Shown here: one piece after another, positions 1 through 16,396 of the stretch
Position numbering within the stretch: the stretch's first letter is position 1
How the letters are laid out: each line of letters starts with the position of its first letter
DNA from: Eledone cirrhosa
Lineage: Eukaryota
DNA: 64,000 nucleotides
Direction of reading: 5' to 3'
Assembly (NCBI GenBank): GCA_964016885.1
Contig: OZ024742.1
Location: forward strand, 247,256,001-247,320,000
Translations under genes and position numbers: made by a program
The notes under the pieces: generated by a model
What the model was told of the DNA's origin: nothing
Seen by the model: only the letters and a program-made list of their open reading frames with translations
The model's database searches: none

Positions 1-1293
1 TCTATTACCCAGCTCCATCAATTATGATGCAAGACAAGTCTATCTCATGAGGCTTCATCCACAGAATTACTTAACAGGATTACATTGAACCCAAACATAT
101 TATGGAAAATAGTGGAAAAAGAAATATATGTGTGTGTGCGTGGGGGGGGGAGGGGTATGTGTGGGCGTGTGTGTGTATTATGTTACTATTTTACCAGCTC
201 ACGGGGAATGATAAATTAAGAACCAAACCTTCTTCTACCCACCTCTCCCAGCTGTCAGATCCTGGATGTTGGACTAGATCAACTGTTAGAACGTTAAGGG
301 TTGTGTCTGTTTGCTATTCAATGGACATCCAAAACAATTAGCGAAAGCAACATATATGCTACTATGTTATCCTCGATTGCTATTGACGACAGTCATTTTT
401 TTTTTCAGATTTTTTGGTTAGCCTGTTTTCTTTTTCTTTTGTCTATAACTACAAGTCTTCAGTTAATAAGACAATTGCTGCGATACCATGTGGGTGTTAT
501 TAATAATAAAGAGCTCTGAACAAAAAATATATTTAGAAATATGTTTTCCTTCAAAGTTTTAGTTTTATCATGATTTCCACCTTTAAGAGACTATAACTAC
601 AAGGATCAAAAATACACTGGTTTTCTCATAAAATAATCTGCTCGAAACATCACCTTATATTTTAGAACCAATGTTTCTATCCTAATACGAATCTAACGAG
701 AAAATTAACGGTCAGGATATATGGCAGTTATGAATTCTTCAGTTAAACTAGATTTAAATAGCCCGAAATATAGAAAAGGTTTCATTGCCAAAATATGGAG
801 GCAAAAAATAGATTTGTGGTGAATAACTTGTGAGAATAATATACCCTCGGGTATATTGCGATGGAAGGAAAATGGAAGAGAGAATGGAAGGAAATATAGC
901 ATTGGCACCGTCCATAGATTAGCAAGATGTTTTAACTATTCTGTTCGTCTTTTTCTGTCTACGCCCTCTCTCTCTCTCTCTACCTATCTATATGAATCTG
1001 TGTGTGTGTGTACGTACATACCTGAATGCGCACATGTGTGTATATATGTTCGTGTGTGATTGTATTTGTATTCGAGTATGTGTGTGCGTGAGTGTATGTG
1101 TGAATTAACTAAACACATACACATGTACATGAAAATGAAGCTTATACATTTTAATTCGCCTAATCGAGACGTTCACTGAGACTAGTCTACCATTAATCAG
1201 AAATTACTTGGGGCTATGACTAACGTATATATATATATGTATAATATACATACATGCACATTCACACACACGCACACACACACGCGCGCACGC

Positions 1294-1326
<33 letters not shown>

Positions 1327-1821
1327 GATATATATATATATATACATGCGTACTTTTTCTCAAAAATATTGGTTTTTCGTTCCTTCTGATTCGCTATCTT
1401 TCTATTATATCTTCTATTTATTTTTCATTCTCAAGATGGAGGACAAGTGTCCAAAACGTACAAATTTTTTTCCCTATTAGATTAAGTATTAAGCTAATAT
1501 ATTTCTTAATTGTAATGTGTTGTTTGCTTTGATGTTTCCGTTTGCTTTTTGCATTCTGTTCGAATGTCATGACTCTTTTCCTACTATATCAAGTGTTAAA
1601 CTGATATATTTCTTCAATGTACTGTGTCGTTTGCCTTGTTATTTCTGTTTACCTTTTGTATGTGTGCGCACAGACATACAGACACACACATACACACAAA
1701 GACGCACACAGAAACACACGCACACACACACACATAGAGACGCACACAGACAAACACACACAAACACACAGACGCACACACACACAAACACACTTACACA
1801 AACATATATATATATATATAT

Positions 1822-1933
1822 ATGGAAAAAATGAAACGAAATTTCATTTCTCACTCACTCTTAGTACGACTGTTACTTAAATATAAGTATGTATACGTAC
1901 ATACATATAGGTATACAGACGTACAGCAGTATG

Positions 1934-1976
<43 letters not shown>

Positions 1977-2085
1977 ACTACTGTACGCCTGTATACATAT
2001 ATGTATGTACGTATACATACTTATACTTAAGTAACAGCCGTACTAAGAGTGAGTGAGAAATGAAATTTCGTTTCATTTTTTCCAT
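1822..2085. mobile_element. Fold-back (inverted repeat) mini-element, family A; arms ~120 bp, adjoining a (TA)n/(CA)n tract
   Basis: atggaaaaaatgaaacgaaatttcatttctcactcactcttagtacg... is mirrored by ...cgtactaagagtgagtgagaaatgaaatttcgtttcattttttccat. A related single arm lies at ~10001-10108. Confidence 0.85.
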
Positions 2086-2419
2086 TTATTGTTTTCGTGA
2101 ACATGGAACCTCGTTCTTCCCCCAACTCTCACATTCACATACAGACGCACACACACACACACGTGCACCTACACACATACACAAACACCACCTTCAGCCT
2201 TCCCCGTTTCGACACCCCGCCTCCCTCTTACAACTCCACCCGCCACCACCCTTACACGCCTCACACCCTCCACCACTTGTTCATTTTATTGTTTATTTTT
2301 ATATTTATTTTGTTGTTTATTTTTATTTTTATTTTTATTTGTTCTCCTCCCTTTTTTCTAAATGTCTTTCTACTCCTCCGCTACACACCCTCGGAACTCT
2401 CTTCCTACCCAATTTTCTC

Positions 2420-2447
2420 CTGAGGAAGGGCTTATGTCCGAAACGTC
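2420..2447 (+). ncRNA. Minimal type I hammerhead ribozyme core (family C)
   Basis: CTGAGGA-A-GGGC-ttat-GTCC-GAAAC-GTC; stem I is not evident. The downstream gcgtgaacctaata motif is shared with the copies at ~10480 and ~13640. Confidence 0.6.
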
Positions 2448-2582
2448 ATTCCCAACCCTCCACTCTCAAGAGCGTGAACCTAATAAACCTTTATTTGTCT
2501 GCCTCTCTGATTTTGTTCCCGTCCAACTTTTCACTATATATATATATATATATATATACACAAAAAGAAACAAAAAAATCAT

Positions 2583-2649
<67 letters not shown>

Positions 2650-2662
2650 TATATATATATAT

Positions 2663-3233
2663 AACGAAGGAAATGTGGTAAGGAACCAGGTGGACCATAA
2701 CGCACCAAAGTACTCAATACTTGAGGTAGTAGAGTGGGTAATAGGAACCAGTAAGACCCCGACAGCTGAGCTCAAGCCGTTTCGACGGCTAATTCTGGAC
2801 TAAATGAAAAATTTATCCTGGTATTTAAATAGCCGATCTTCTCAAGGGGTAATTCCATATATGGTCAAAATGATTGTCAAAAATCAGTAGTAATTCTGTG
2901 GTTGCAAATTAGTAGGGGAGATGGTGGCTAAACCTGCCAGTAGGAGAAAGAGGGGAGGGGGTGGAGTAGACCCAATAGAGTAGACCCAATGGAGTAGACC
3001 CTATTGGGTCTACTCCACCCCCTCCCCTCTTTCTCCTTCTGGCAGGTTTAGCCACCATCTCCCCTACTAATTTGCAACCACAGAATTACTACTGATTTTT
3101 GACAATCACTTTGACCATATATGGAATTACCCCTTGAGAAGATCGGCTATTTAAATACCAGGATAAATTTTTCATTTAGTCCAGAATTAGCCGTCGAAAC
3201 GGCTTGAGCTCAGCTGTCGGGGTCTTACTGGTT

Positions 3234-3238
<5 letters not shown>
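2663..3238. mobile_element. Asymmetric fold-back element, family D: 78-bp unpaired tail (2663-2740) plus 238-bp inverted arms (2741-2978 / 3001-3238), inserted in (TA)n
   Basis: Arms are near-perfect reverse complements with a few mismatches, and the element is flanked by TA repeats. A second family member lies at 22650-22845. Confidence 0.9.
3129..3223 (+). ncRNA. Type I hammerhead ribozyme with U3:A8 core variant (mirror copy 2756-2850 on minus)
   Basis: Stem I acccc/ggggt; core TTGAGAA; stem II GA(T)CGGCTA...TAGCCGTC; GAAA; stem III ACGGCT/AGCTGT; GUC cleavage triplet. Confidence 0.75.
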
Positions 3239-3275
<37 letters not shown>

Positions 3276-4254
3276 TATATGTATATACATATATACACAT
3301 ACATATATATATACATACATATATATATGTACATAAATATATACACACATATGTATATACATATATATATGCATATACATACATATACATATACATACAT
3401 ACATACATATACATATAAAATACATATACATATACATATACATGCATATATATATATATATACATATACATACATATACATATACATACATACATATGCA
3501 TATACATACATATACATATACATACATATATATATATGCATGTGTGTTTGTGTGCGCGCATGTACGGGCATGTGTATATGTGTGTGTAAGTTCATAGGAA
3601 TTATTGTTTGTATCTTCACGTGTATGCGTGAGTGGTTGTGAATAAATGAGAGGGGGTATAGCTACAAAATGTTATTCACATAACAAATAATTTTGTCGTT
3701 GCGCCTAACAACGATATCTAAAATTACTTAAGCACGTCTGTAGTCATGTCGACCACTGATATCTCTTCGGGCGTTCATAGCAATTTTTTAAAATTTTTAT
3801 GGCGGTCGTCCGGGGTAGGAAATAGCCATAGGGTAGTCTTGATTTCTTAGCTACTTAAACATAAGACAGTTCCTAAAGTCCTTAGATCTTAAAGCTATCT
3901 ACCTCATCGCTGACACTAACTTTTTTTGTTACATTTTAAAACAACAGCCAATGAGAATCCCTCGAGCTAAGACATGTTTGTTCTGCTAGAAATAACAGCC
4001 AAATCAGTTCTAAATTACACTTTACAGTCTTAAACTAAGAATGTATTGCCGCCACAGGAAATAATTATCTTTTTTCTTCTTGACGTTGTGGTTGCTATTG
4101 TTGAAGCTGATCTTGTTGTTGCTACTGTTGTCACTGTTATCTTTCTTTTCTTTGCCCCTTATTATCCTCTGGTTGATCTTGTTCTTGTTGGTATTGTTGT
4201 TGACGTAGATGCTGTTAATGTTGCTGCTGTTTTTTCGTTTTTGTTATTGTCGGT

Positions 4255-4745
4255 ATTGCTGTTTCGGTTGGGACTCAGACACCATGCCTTGCAGCACAGA
4301 GTTATGGCCCTTTACGTTCTAAGTACAAATCCCGCCGAGGTTAGCTTTACCTTTCATCCTTATGGAGTCGATAAAATAAAGCATCAGTAACACACTGGGT
4401 CGACTTGATCGATATTCCCCTGACACAAAATACGGCCTAGTGCCTATATAAGAAACCATTATTGGCAGTATGGGTAGAAGCTAGGACGCCATGCATTGCA
4501 ACATAGAGTTACGCCCCTTTATCGTCTGAGTTTAAATCCCACCGAGGTTAACTTTGCCTTTCATCCTTACCAGTGTCGATAAAATAAAGTACCAGTAATG
4601 TACTGGGGTCGATTTAATCGACTTTCCTCTCCGACCAAATTACTGGCCTTGTGCCTATCATCCTTACAGAGTCGATAAAATAAAGTACCAGTAATGCACT
4701 GGGTGATTGCTGGCCTTGTGCCAAAAAGCAGAAACAATTATTATT
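4255..4745 (+). mobile_element. Three tandem (partly truncated) tRNA-derived SINE copies
   Basis: A-box-like tggcagtatgggtaga, B-box-like gagtttaaatcc, body gcctttcatcctta..gtcgataaaataaagtaccag, and 3' ggccttgtgcc..agaaacaattatt, repeated at ~4255, ~4463 and ~4660. Confidence 0.85.
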
Positions 4746-5117
4746 GTTTATCCTGTCGTCATTGTTGTAGTTGCCGTTGCTGCCACAGATGTCGCTGGTG
4801 CAACTACTCGTATTGTTTTTGTCGCTTTCACAGACGACCAAATTTAGTAGTAGAAAAGTATATGTGAGATTTGAAAGTAAAGTATGAAATTAGTTTTTGT
4901 TGAAAACCAAGTGATTTATTTATTGATTACGAAAAAAAATAAGGTGATAGATAAAGATAGAGATTGAGACAGAGGCGGATAGTTAAAAGCAGAGAGATAG
5001 ATTGATAGAGAGATAGGTAGATAGATAGAGAGAGATAGAGAGACAGAAATAACTAGGGAAAGAGAAATAGATGGAGAGAAAGCTAGAGATAGAGAGGGGT
5101 AAAGATAAAACGAGGTG

Positions 5118-7630
<2,513 letters not shown>

Positions 7631-7810
7631 ACAGTTCAAGAGTAACCAATCTTAAAGAGAGAGACGGAGATAGTAGAGGAGATATGAGAGGAGTGATTGT
7701 TGAGTCAGTTAGAAGCCAAAGCGTAAAGGCATGTGCTCAATGTGCAATATGTAGTAGAAAGCAGCTAGGTGGCTGGGTTCATGCAGAAGTTAGGTGCGCA
7801 GAGCTGGAAA

Positions 7811-8692
<882 letters not shown>

Positions 8693-8699
8693 AAACTAA

Positions 8700-9860
8700 T
8701 AACTAAACGTAAAATCCGGGGTCCTGGTGTTGCCCTGTCCAGAAGATTGAATGATAATCGTCTTAGGGATAAACATGGGAAGAGGACATTGCGAGAAGAT
8801 ATGCAGGTTGCAGATCTTGGTGAGGATTGACGATCCTTATAAAGTCGGTTTATGATGTTGGCAGGCGTATTCTGGGAGTGGTGCAGAGAAAACATCAACA
8901 CTGGTTTAATGAGAATGATGAACATATAGAAGACTTGTTGGCTGATAAGAGGCGTGCTCTGTCACGCTACTTGACAGCAAAACTACAGGAGAAGAATATG
9001 TTGCATAAGGAAGTCAAGGATGTGAAATCACGTGTTAGGCGGAATTTTTCTTAGATGAAGGATCAGTGGTGGATTGAGAAGGCTGATTAGATACAAGCTG
9101 CGTCATATTCCAATAACACAAAGCTGTTGTACAGTCTCTTGCGTGAAGTTTATGGACCGTCTTCTTCTCTGGTGACACCGCTTCGCAACAAGGACGGCAA
9201 AGAACTTCTTCGTGACTCACAAGGAATTCTACGAAGGTGGCGAGAGAACTTTCATGAACTTTTGAATCAGCCGTCTTTCGTCAATGAAGATTTCCTCAAT
9301 CGCATTCCAGAAAAGCCTGTGAAAGTAGATCTCGCAGAACCTGCGACGCTTGTGGAGGTTGCAGTAGCTATCTCGAAGCTGAACAGTGGAAGGTTTCCAG
9401 GTATGTATGGCATACATGCAGAGCTCCTACAATATGGTGGTGAGAGACGCCTACAACATCTTCACTCTGTGTTTGGCAGGATATGGGCTAATTAATCCGT
9501 ACCTGAGGACTGGAGAGATGCAGTAATGGTGGTCTTGTACAGGGGCAAGGGTAACAGGAATGATTGTGGGAATTACAGAGGTATATCATTGCTTTCTGTT
9601 GTAGGGAAAGTTTTATGTAGGGTGCTTCTGGATCGTCTGCTGACACATATTGCAAATTGTGTTCTTCCTGAAAGTCAATCTGGTTTTCGTGCTGGACGCG
9701 GCACTACTGATATGATCTTCTCAGCTAGACAGCTCCAGGAGAAGTGCATGGAACAAGGTTTGGATCTGTGTCAGGTTTCTGTCGATCTGACAAAAGCTTT
9801 CGACACTGTTAACAGAAATGCATTATGGAAGGTTCTCGAGAAACTTGGTTGCCTAAAGTT
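8700..9860 (+). mobile_element. RTE-clade LINE fragment (RT pseudogene, 3'-truncated)
   Basis: Frame fragments contain RWRENFHELLN, PGMYGIHAELL, GNYRGISLLS, LPESQSGFRAGRGTTDMIF and VDLTKAFDTV, with in-frame stops. Confidence 0.9.
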
Positions 9861-9869
9861 CCTTGCCGA

Positions 9870-10107
9870 AAAAAAAAAGGGCGACGATGGTTGCCGAGCA
9901 CTGTACGGGCTGTTTGTTTACAAACAAACCGAACATTATAATAACTTTTCGGTAAACCCATACGTACATATATATATGTGTGCATGGATTTATATATATA
10001 CATACTACTGTATGTCTGTATACATATATGTATGTAGGTATACATACTTATATATAGGTATCAGCCGTACTATGAGTGAGAAATAAAATTTCGTTTCATT
10101 CTTCTCC

Positions 10108-10108
<1 letters not shown>
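9870..10108 (+). mobile_element. Family A element (single arm) with degenerate hammerhead motif, truncating the RTE and ending in (TA)n
   Basis: 10001-10108 matches the right arm of 1822-2085. The upstream gcgacga-tGGTT...AACC-gaacattataata resembles a decayed HHR. Confidence 0.6.
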
Positions 10109-10196
<88 letters not shown>

Positions 10197-10200
10197 ATGT

Positions 10201-10236
<36 letters not shown>

Positions 10237-10439
10237 GTATATATATTAGTTAGAAAACGTAAAAGAAACACAAACATAAACACAAGGACAATTCTCGCTC
10301 TTCGGCTGTGTTCTGTGGATCACTGATGTTTCGAACGCATTATAGACAGTAGATCTCACTACAGTGCATTGATGGCTAAGAGGGATAACTATCCGGGAAA
10401 AAAACAACCAAAAAACACTACACACCTATGTAAAAAGCA

Positions 10440-10600
10440 AAGAGAAATAACAAAACAAACAACAGTGCAATAAAGAAATATATTCTTAGTTTCACGCTTG
10501 ACAGAGTAGGTAAAGAGTTTTAACAATTTGGAAACTAGTCCTTCATCAGAAAATGGAATGAGAAATTTAAGAATAAATAAAAAATTAGAACAGAGTGGGA
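10440..10600 (-). mobile_element. Family C element with degenerate hammerhead
   Basis: Reverse complement reads tttt-CTGATGA-A-GGA-ctagtt-TCC-aaattgtt-aaaa followed by ...caagcgtgaaacta; homologous to 13590-13760. Confidence 0.6.
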
Positions 10601-10744
10601 AGAAGCAGAAACCTAAAAAACAGTTTTAGAAAAAAAACCAGGTCTATTGAAATCGCAATCTCTTGGAAAGTTGTGGATTCTGGCGTTGTTGTAACTGTTA
10701 TTTTCGTTTTAAAAGGCGGTGATTGAATCCGTGCTGTGAAGATA

Positions 10745-10792
<48 letters not shown>

Positions 10793-10968
10793 AGTTTTTG
10801 AGGTGTGTGTGTTTGTATAGTGTGTGCATGTTGTTGCTGGTCTGCACAAGCTGTAAGAATTTGTCTATGGCCATAATAGAACCATAGGAAGCAAGATAGT
10901 GGGGGAATGTGTCGCGCATGTGTACATCGGACGAGCGTATGTGTCCAACATTAAAGAAATTGGGGATG

Positions 10969-11016
<48 letters not shown>

Positions 11017-11019
<3 letters not shown>

Positions 11020-12990
11020 CTTTGATAACTTTGATAACTTTGATAGGTTTCGGCCAGTATTGGCCCAGGCCATGTCTAACTTAATAGCACCACCTGGCGA
11101 AGTCTTACAATCAGTGTTTGGGCACCATGGCCCACTCGAGCAGATAGTTATTGTTTACGGAGGCATATCCGGGTGTAGGAGGCTTATCCGGGATTTCTTG
11201 AAGGAATTTATCTAACTACTTCTTGAACTTGATGGGGTCTGTCTCTGTTTGATGTGTTTTGGTGTAATGTTAAAGAGTGCAGGATCAATTGAGGTGAAAT
11301 AATTGTGCCGTATTGATTTTATGTGATGCGAGTAGGATTGTTGTCGTTGGCGGATAGCACGGGGCCCAAGCCTTGGGTGTACACTAAAGGTGATGCCAAC
11401 ATCATTTGGGCTAAGCTGTTGGAATATTTTCCACATCATACAGATAATCTAGCGCTCACGGCGACGTTGAAGAGAATAAAGTTTGAACTTTTCTAATCGA
11501 CCCCAATAGTCAAGGCCTGCCATGCCATCTATTTTTTTTGTAATTGACCTTTGGGGTGCTTCAACTTTCATGATACTTTGTTTCGTGTGGGGTGACCACA
11601 GCGGACAACAGTATTCAAGGTGGGGTCGGGCAAATGTGGAGAGAGAAGGACAACAGTGTGGATATCTCTCGACTGGAAAGTTCTGAGAATCTAAGAACAC
11701 ATTCTGTGGGCCATATCAACTTTGCTGTTTATATGAGTGGCCCAGCTTATATTGTTGTCCACAATTACTCCCAAGTCTCTGATGTTACTGGAAGCCACTA
11801 GAGTTTGACACGAAGGAAGATAGTATGGTAGTTTCAGGGCATACTTTTTTCCAAAGTGGATTAGTTCAAATTTATCCTCATTCAACAGCATATTATTCAT
11901 TTCTGCCCATTGGATAACAGCCAGTAGGGCTGACTGAAGGCAAGTCCGGTCACCCAACTCATTGATGACCCTTTGGAGCTTGGAATCATCTGCGAAGATT
12001 CTGATGTTGCTGTGTTTGATGATGTCAGTAATGTCATTAATGTAGATGATGAAAGAAGTGGGCCCAACACAGTGCCTTGTGGGACGCCACTGCCGACTTT
12101 GGCAGGTCTTGATTTTACTCCTTCGACTACAACATGCTGGGTCTGCCTGTCAGGAAACATTTGATCCACTGTAGTAACCTTCCAGAGACACCAACATTTG
12201 ATAGTTTTTTCCGTAGAATCTTATGATCAACCCTGTCGAAAGCCTTGCTGAAATCAAGGTAGATTACATCAGTGTTGGAGCCCTCTCCCAAGGCTCTCAA
12301 AACATCGTCAAAATGATGCAGGAGCTGCGTTAGGCAGTCCCTTCCATTACGGAACCCATGTTGGTTGGAGTTCAGTAGGCCGTTGCTTTGAAGAAAGTGG
12401 GTTATTCGTGATCTCACCACCCTCTCAAATACCTTGATAATATGAGAGGTGAGTGAGATTGGACGGTAGTTCACTGCAAGGGACTTATTTCCCTTTTTGA
12501 AGACTGGGACAGAAAGGTTTCAGGAATATAGCCAGTGTCCAGTGAGTTCCTCCACAGATTAGCAAGAGGAGTTGCAAGTTGGTGTCGACACACCTTCAGG
12601 ACACAAGCAGGGAACCTGTCGGGGCCTACTGCAGAATTGTGTTTAATTTCGTTTATTGCCGCTAAGACATCAGGGGCGCCAAACGTTATATCTGATATAG
12701 TGTGTTGGGGCTTAATATCACTGATTCAGCCCAGATCGGCCATATCAGGGTTGCTGAAAACAGAGCACTAGTTTCTGCACTATCTCGCCCATGGTTTTGG
12801 CATTGTCCTGGAGTGTGCCACTTTCGTGAACTAGGGGCCAACAGGTGAGACGGTGACCTTGTGTTTTTTAGCGAATGAGAAGAACACTTTGGGGTTGAGT
12901 TTGATTTCCTCAATGGCCCACCTCTCTTCAGCTATTCTCTGGTTATTGATGATGGTCATCATGCATTGCTGGAGGTTATATTTTTTTGAC
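11017..12990 (-). mobile_element. CR1/L2-type (jockey superfamily) LINE, 5'-truncated RT pseudogene with (TATCAAAGT)n 3' tail
   Basis: NYRPISLTS, QHGFRNGRDC, YLDFSKAFDRVDH, SGVPQGTVLGPLL, RDLGVIVD and RPHLEYCCPLWSP motifs in shifted frames; 9-bp tail repeats at ~11017-11046. Confidence 0.9.
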
Positions 12991-13237
12991 TCAAGCAGGG
13001 TGATGCGCCATTGAATGTGTGTGTTGCTGTTGGCAGTATTTTAGTGTGTTAATTTTTTTGTTTGTTCTTTTTATTTTTCTGATAATTGTTTTTCTGTTTT
13101 GGGGGATACTGCACTTGGTTTTGTTCACAGGTTTTGGTGGGGTGTGTTTGTACATATACTATTTGTGACAGTGTCTACAAACATCTGCCAAGATGTTTTG
13201 ATGTTGGTGGAATATACGTATATATATATATATATAC

Positions 13238-13572
<335 letters not shown>

Positions 13573-13669
13573 GCGTGTGTGTGTAAAAGGTAAACAGAAA
13601 TGACAACACAATCGGTACAGTATATGGGAGGGATATATTAGGTTAACGCTTGATATAGCAGGAAGAGGG

Positions 13670-13705
13670 TCTTAACGTTTCGGAGGCTAATCCTTCATCA
13701 GAAGA
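13670..13705 (-). ncRNA. Minimal type I hammerhead ribozyme (family C)
   Basis: Reverse complement reads tctt-CTGATGA-A-GGA-ttagcc-TCC-GAAAC-GTT-aaga; stem I tctt/aaga. Confidence 0.75.
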
Positions 13706-14146
13706 AAGAATGTGAAATAAGATAGATTGAAGGGACGGGTGGGATAGAATTGGAAAAAATGTCTTTAGATAGAAAAGATTGTATATATCTATATTATATG
13801 TATGCATATATGTATACATATATGTATATCGTCATCGTCATTCTACATCCAGTTTCAATGTAGGCACCGGGCGCACAGAAGAGTTATCTCCTCCTTTACC
13901 TCAATAGTTATTGATCCTAGGAGCGTGATGTGCTAATGCCACCTCTACTCAGGCACCCCTCTTCACTCGACTCTCCTCCTCTCATCATTTATATTGTATC
14001 CAACATACCACCAACAAATCCCTATGTACAGTTCTTCTTGCCTAGATATTCGGCGTTCAAGAAGTAACTCCCTGCTCATGTCTTCTCTAAAGGAGTGGAC
14101 TTGAAACAAATTCAACAATATGAAGGACTATATCTTTTTCGTCTAG

Positions 14147-14195
14147 AGGTTTCTATGGAGTACGTTGACTCTGTTGCTTCTTTTAGACCTATCAA
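14147..14195 (+). CDS. Candidate internal micro-exon of an unidentified host gene ((K/E)VSMEYVDSVASFRPIK)
   Basis: Pyrimidine tract+tag acceptor, gtaaaa donor, in non-repetitive sequence; phase-compatible with candidates at 14046-14063, 14721-14753 and 24902-24933. No homology established. Confidence 0.3.
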
Positions 14196-14956
14196 GTAAA
14201 ACGAAAACAAAAACGACAAATGAATCAACAAAAATATATGTGATGTGATACAATCACACAATACCTTGGTTTGCTTTACAGATTTCTATTTATAGAGCCA
14301 TATATTGCTATAAATATGAACATATACAAATTCATATCTATAGAACCACCTATGCTATAAATCCGGACAATATCATCTATATTGAAAGTTGATCTCACAA
14401 ATCTCTATAAACTGACCAGCAATAAATCTATAACGTATTCATATTTTACTTATGTTTTGTTGGATCTGGAGTCTGTTTCAATTTTTGTAGCAAGACGTAA
14501 TTCTTCCTGTTAAATCTCACACACCCTGTGAAAGTTATTATCAAACTCTGTACTGATATGTAGCGCCGCCATCGATCCTGTTCTATTTAGTTAAACAACA
14601 GACGAACAATGATGATATGAAAATGGCTGACATCAATATAAATAGACATTTCTCGCAGTCATCACCAAGTAGAGAAAATATTTTCACTTAGAACATCTCA
14701 TGAGATTTCTCCTATTTCAGAGTTGCATACTCGATCTTCACATACATGACTCTGTAAAGTTTACATGTGTAAATTAAATATATAATTGTTGTTAGGTAAA
14801 TTAGAAAAGACATGCCGACAGACTACAACTAAATATCATCGGTCATATAGACATAAACACCCACACCCACACATCCACCCCCCCCCCCCCACACATATAT
14901 ATATATACCGTGTATACTTGCAGACAAGAGTTGTTGTCACGTAAACACACACTCAC

Positions 14957-15013
<57 letters not shown>

Positions 15014-15439
15014 CATATATATATACACATATATATATATATACGTATATATATATATATACACATATATATATATGTATGTGTCTATATATATATATAT
15101 ATATATACTTCATTCACTATTTTTCAAGGCATCGTTCAATATATAATTATATCATAGATACCACAGTGTCAATACTCAAATGCAGAACTAAAATAATATA
15201 CTGCGATGTACGTGTAAATATAGACACGCAAAACACATTAGGAGGCACGAGTATCTATAGTAAAATGAATAGTAAATGATCACAGACTGGGAAACAAGAC
15301 ACACAATGTACATACCGACATGGAAGAGGATCACTTTTCCAATAAAACACAGGGAGAACGCAACACACACATATAGGGAGGCAATCATAGAAGAAATAGA
15401 AAGATTATTACGAATCAGTTCGAGCAATGTCCCTGGAAC

Positions 15440-15560
15440 TAATAATAGTTTCTAATATAGGCACAAGGCCAGCAATTTTGGGGGAGGGGAAAGTCGATTA
15501 AATTAACTCCAGTGTGTGACTGGTACTTTATTTTATAGACCCCATAAGGATGAAAGGCAC
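15440..15560 (-). mobile_element. SINE 3' half
   Basis: gtttctaatataggcacaaggccagcaatt...tggtactttattttatagaccccataaggatgaaaggc. Confidence 0.85.
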
Positions 15561-15616
15561 ATTGTAGCACAGCCGGAAGTGGGGTCACGAGAGTAGTAAG
15601 AGACACAGAAGGAAGA

Positions 15617-15714
<98 letters not shown>

Positions 15715-15981
15715 AAGGATAGAGTGAAAGAGAAGGAAAGAGATAGATAGGTAGATAAATTCACAGCAGTAGTAAGCAATCATTTATCTTTGGTAAAATG
15801 TGGTTGTGTCGGTTACAATAAAATATGAGTTAATAATTATCACTTGGGACAAATGTTGGTCACAGAAAACAGAAAAGACGGACATATATTTTTGTAGTTT
15901 CGGCTCCATAAAAAAAACAGTACAGTTTCTCCCGTGATATTAATTGTCTCGAAGGAAATATAGAGATATAGCTCGAATCCG

Positions 15982-16021
<40 letters not shown>

Positions 16022-16396
16022 GACAGACCGACAGACACACACACAAACATAGAGACAGACCGACAGACACACACACACACACGCACACAGAGACAGACAA
16101 AGAGATACACACACATACACACACACATACACAAACACAAACACATACTAAGACAGACAGACAGACTCACAGACAGACAGACACACAGACACAGACACAC
16201 ACAAACACACAAACACGCACATACACAGACTGACGGCCACACACAGAGACTGACAAACAGACAGACATACACAGATTTTTACATTATTAGAGTGGAGTAA
16301 CAGGGAAATGTAAGCAGAGACGCTGAATAAGAAATTAGAGGCTGCAAATGTATGATAGGGAAACAGTTTATAACATTATGAAAGGAAAATGAAATA

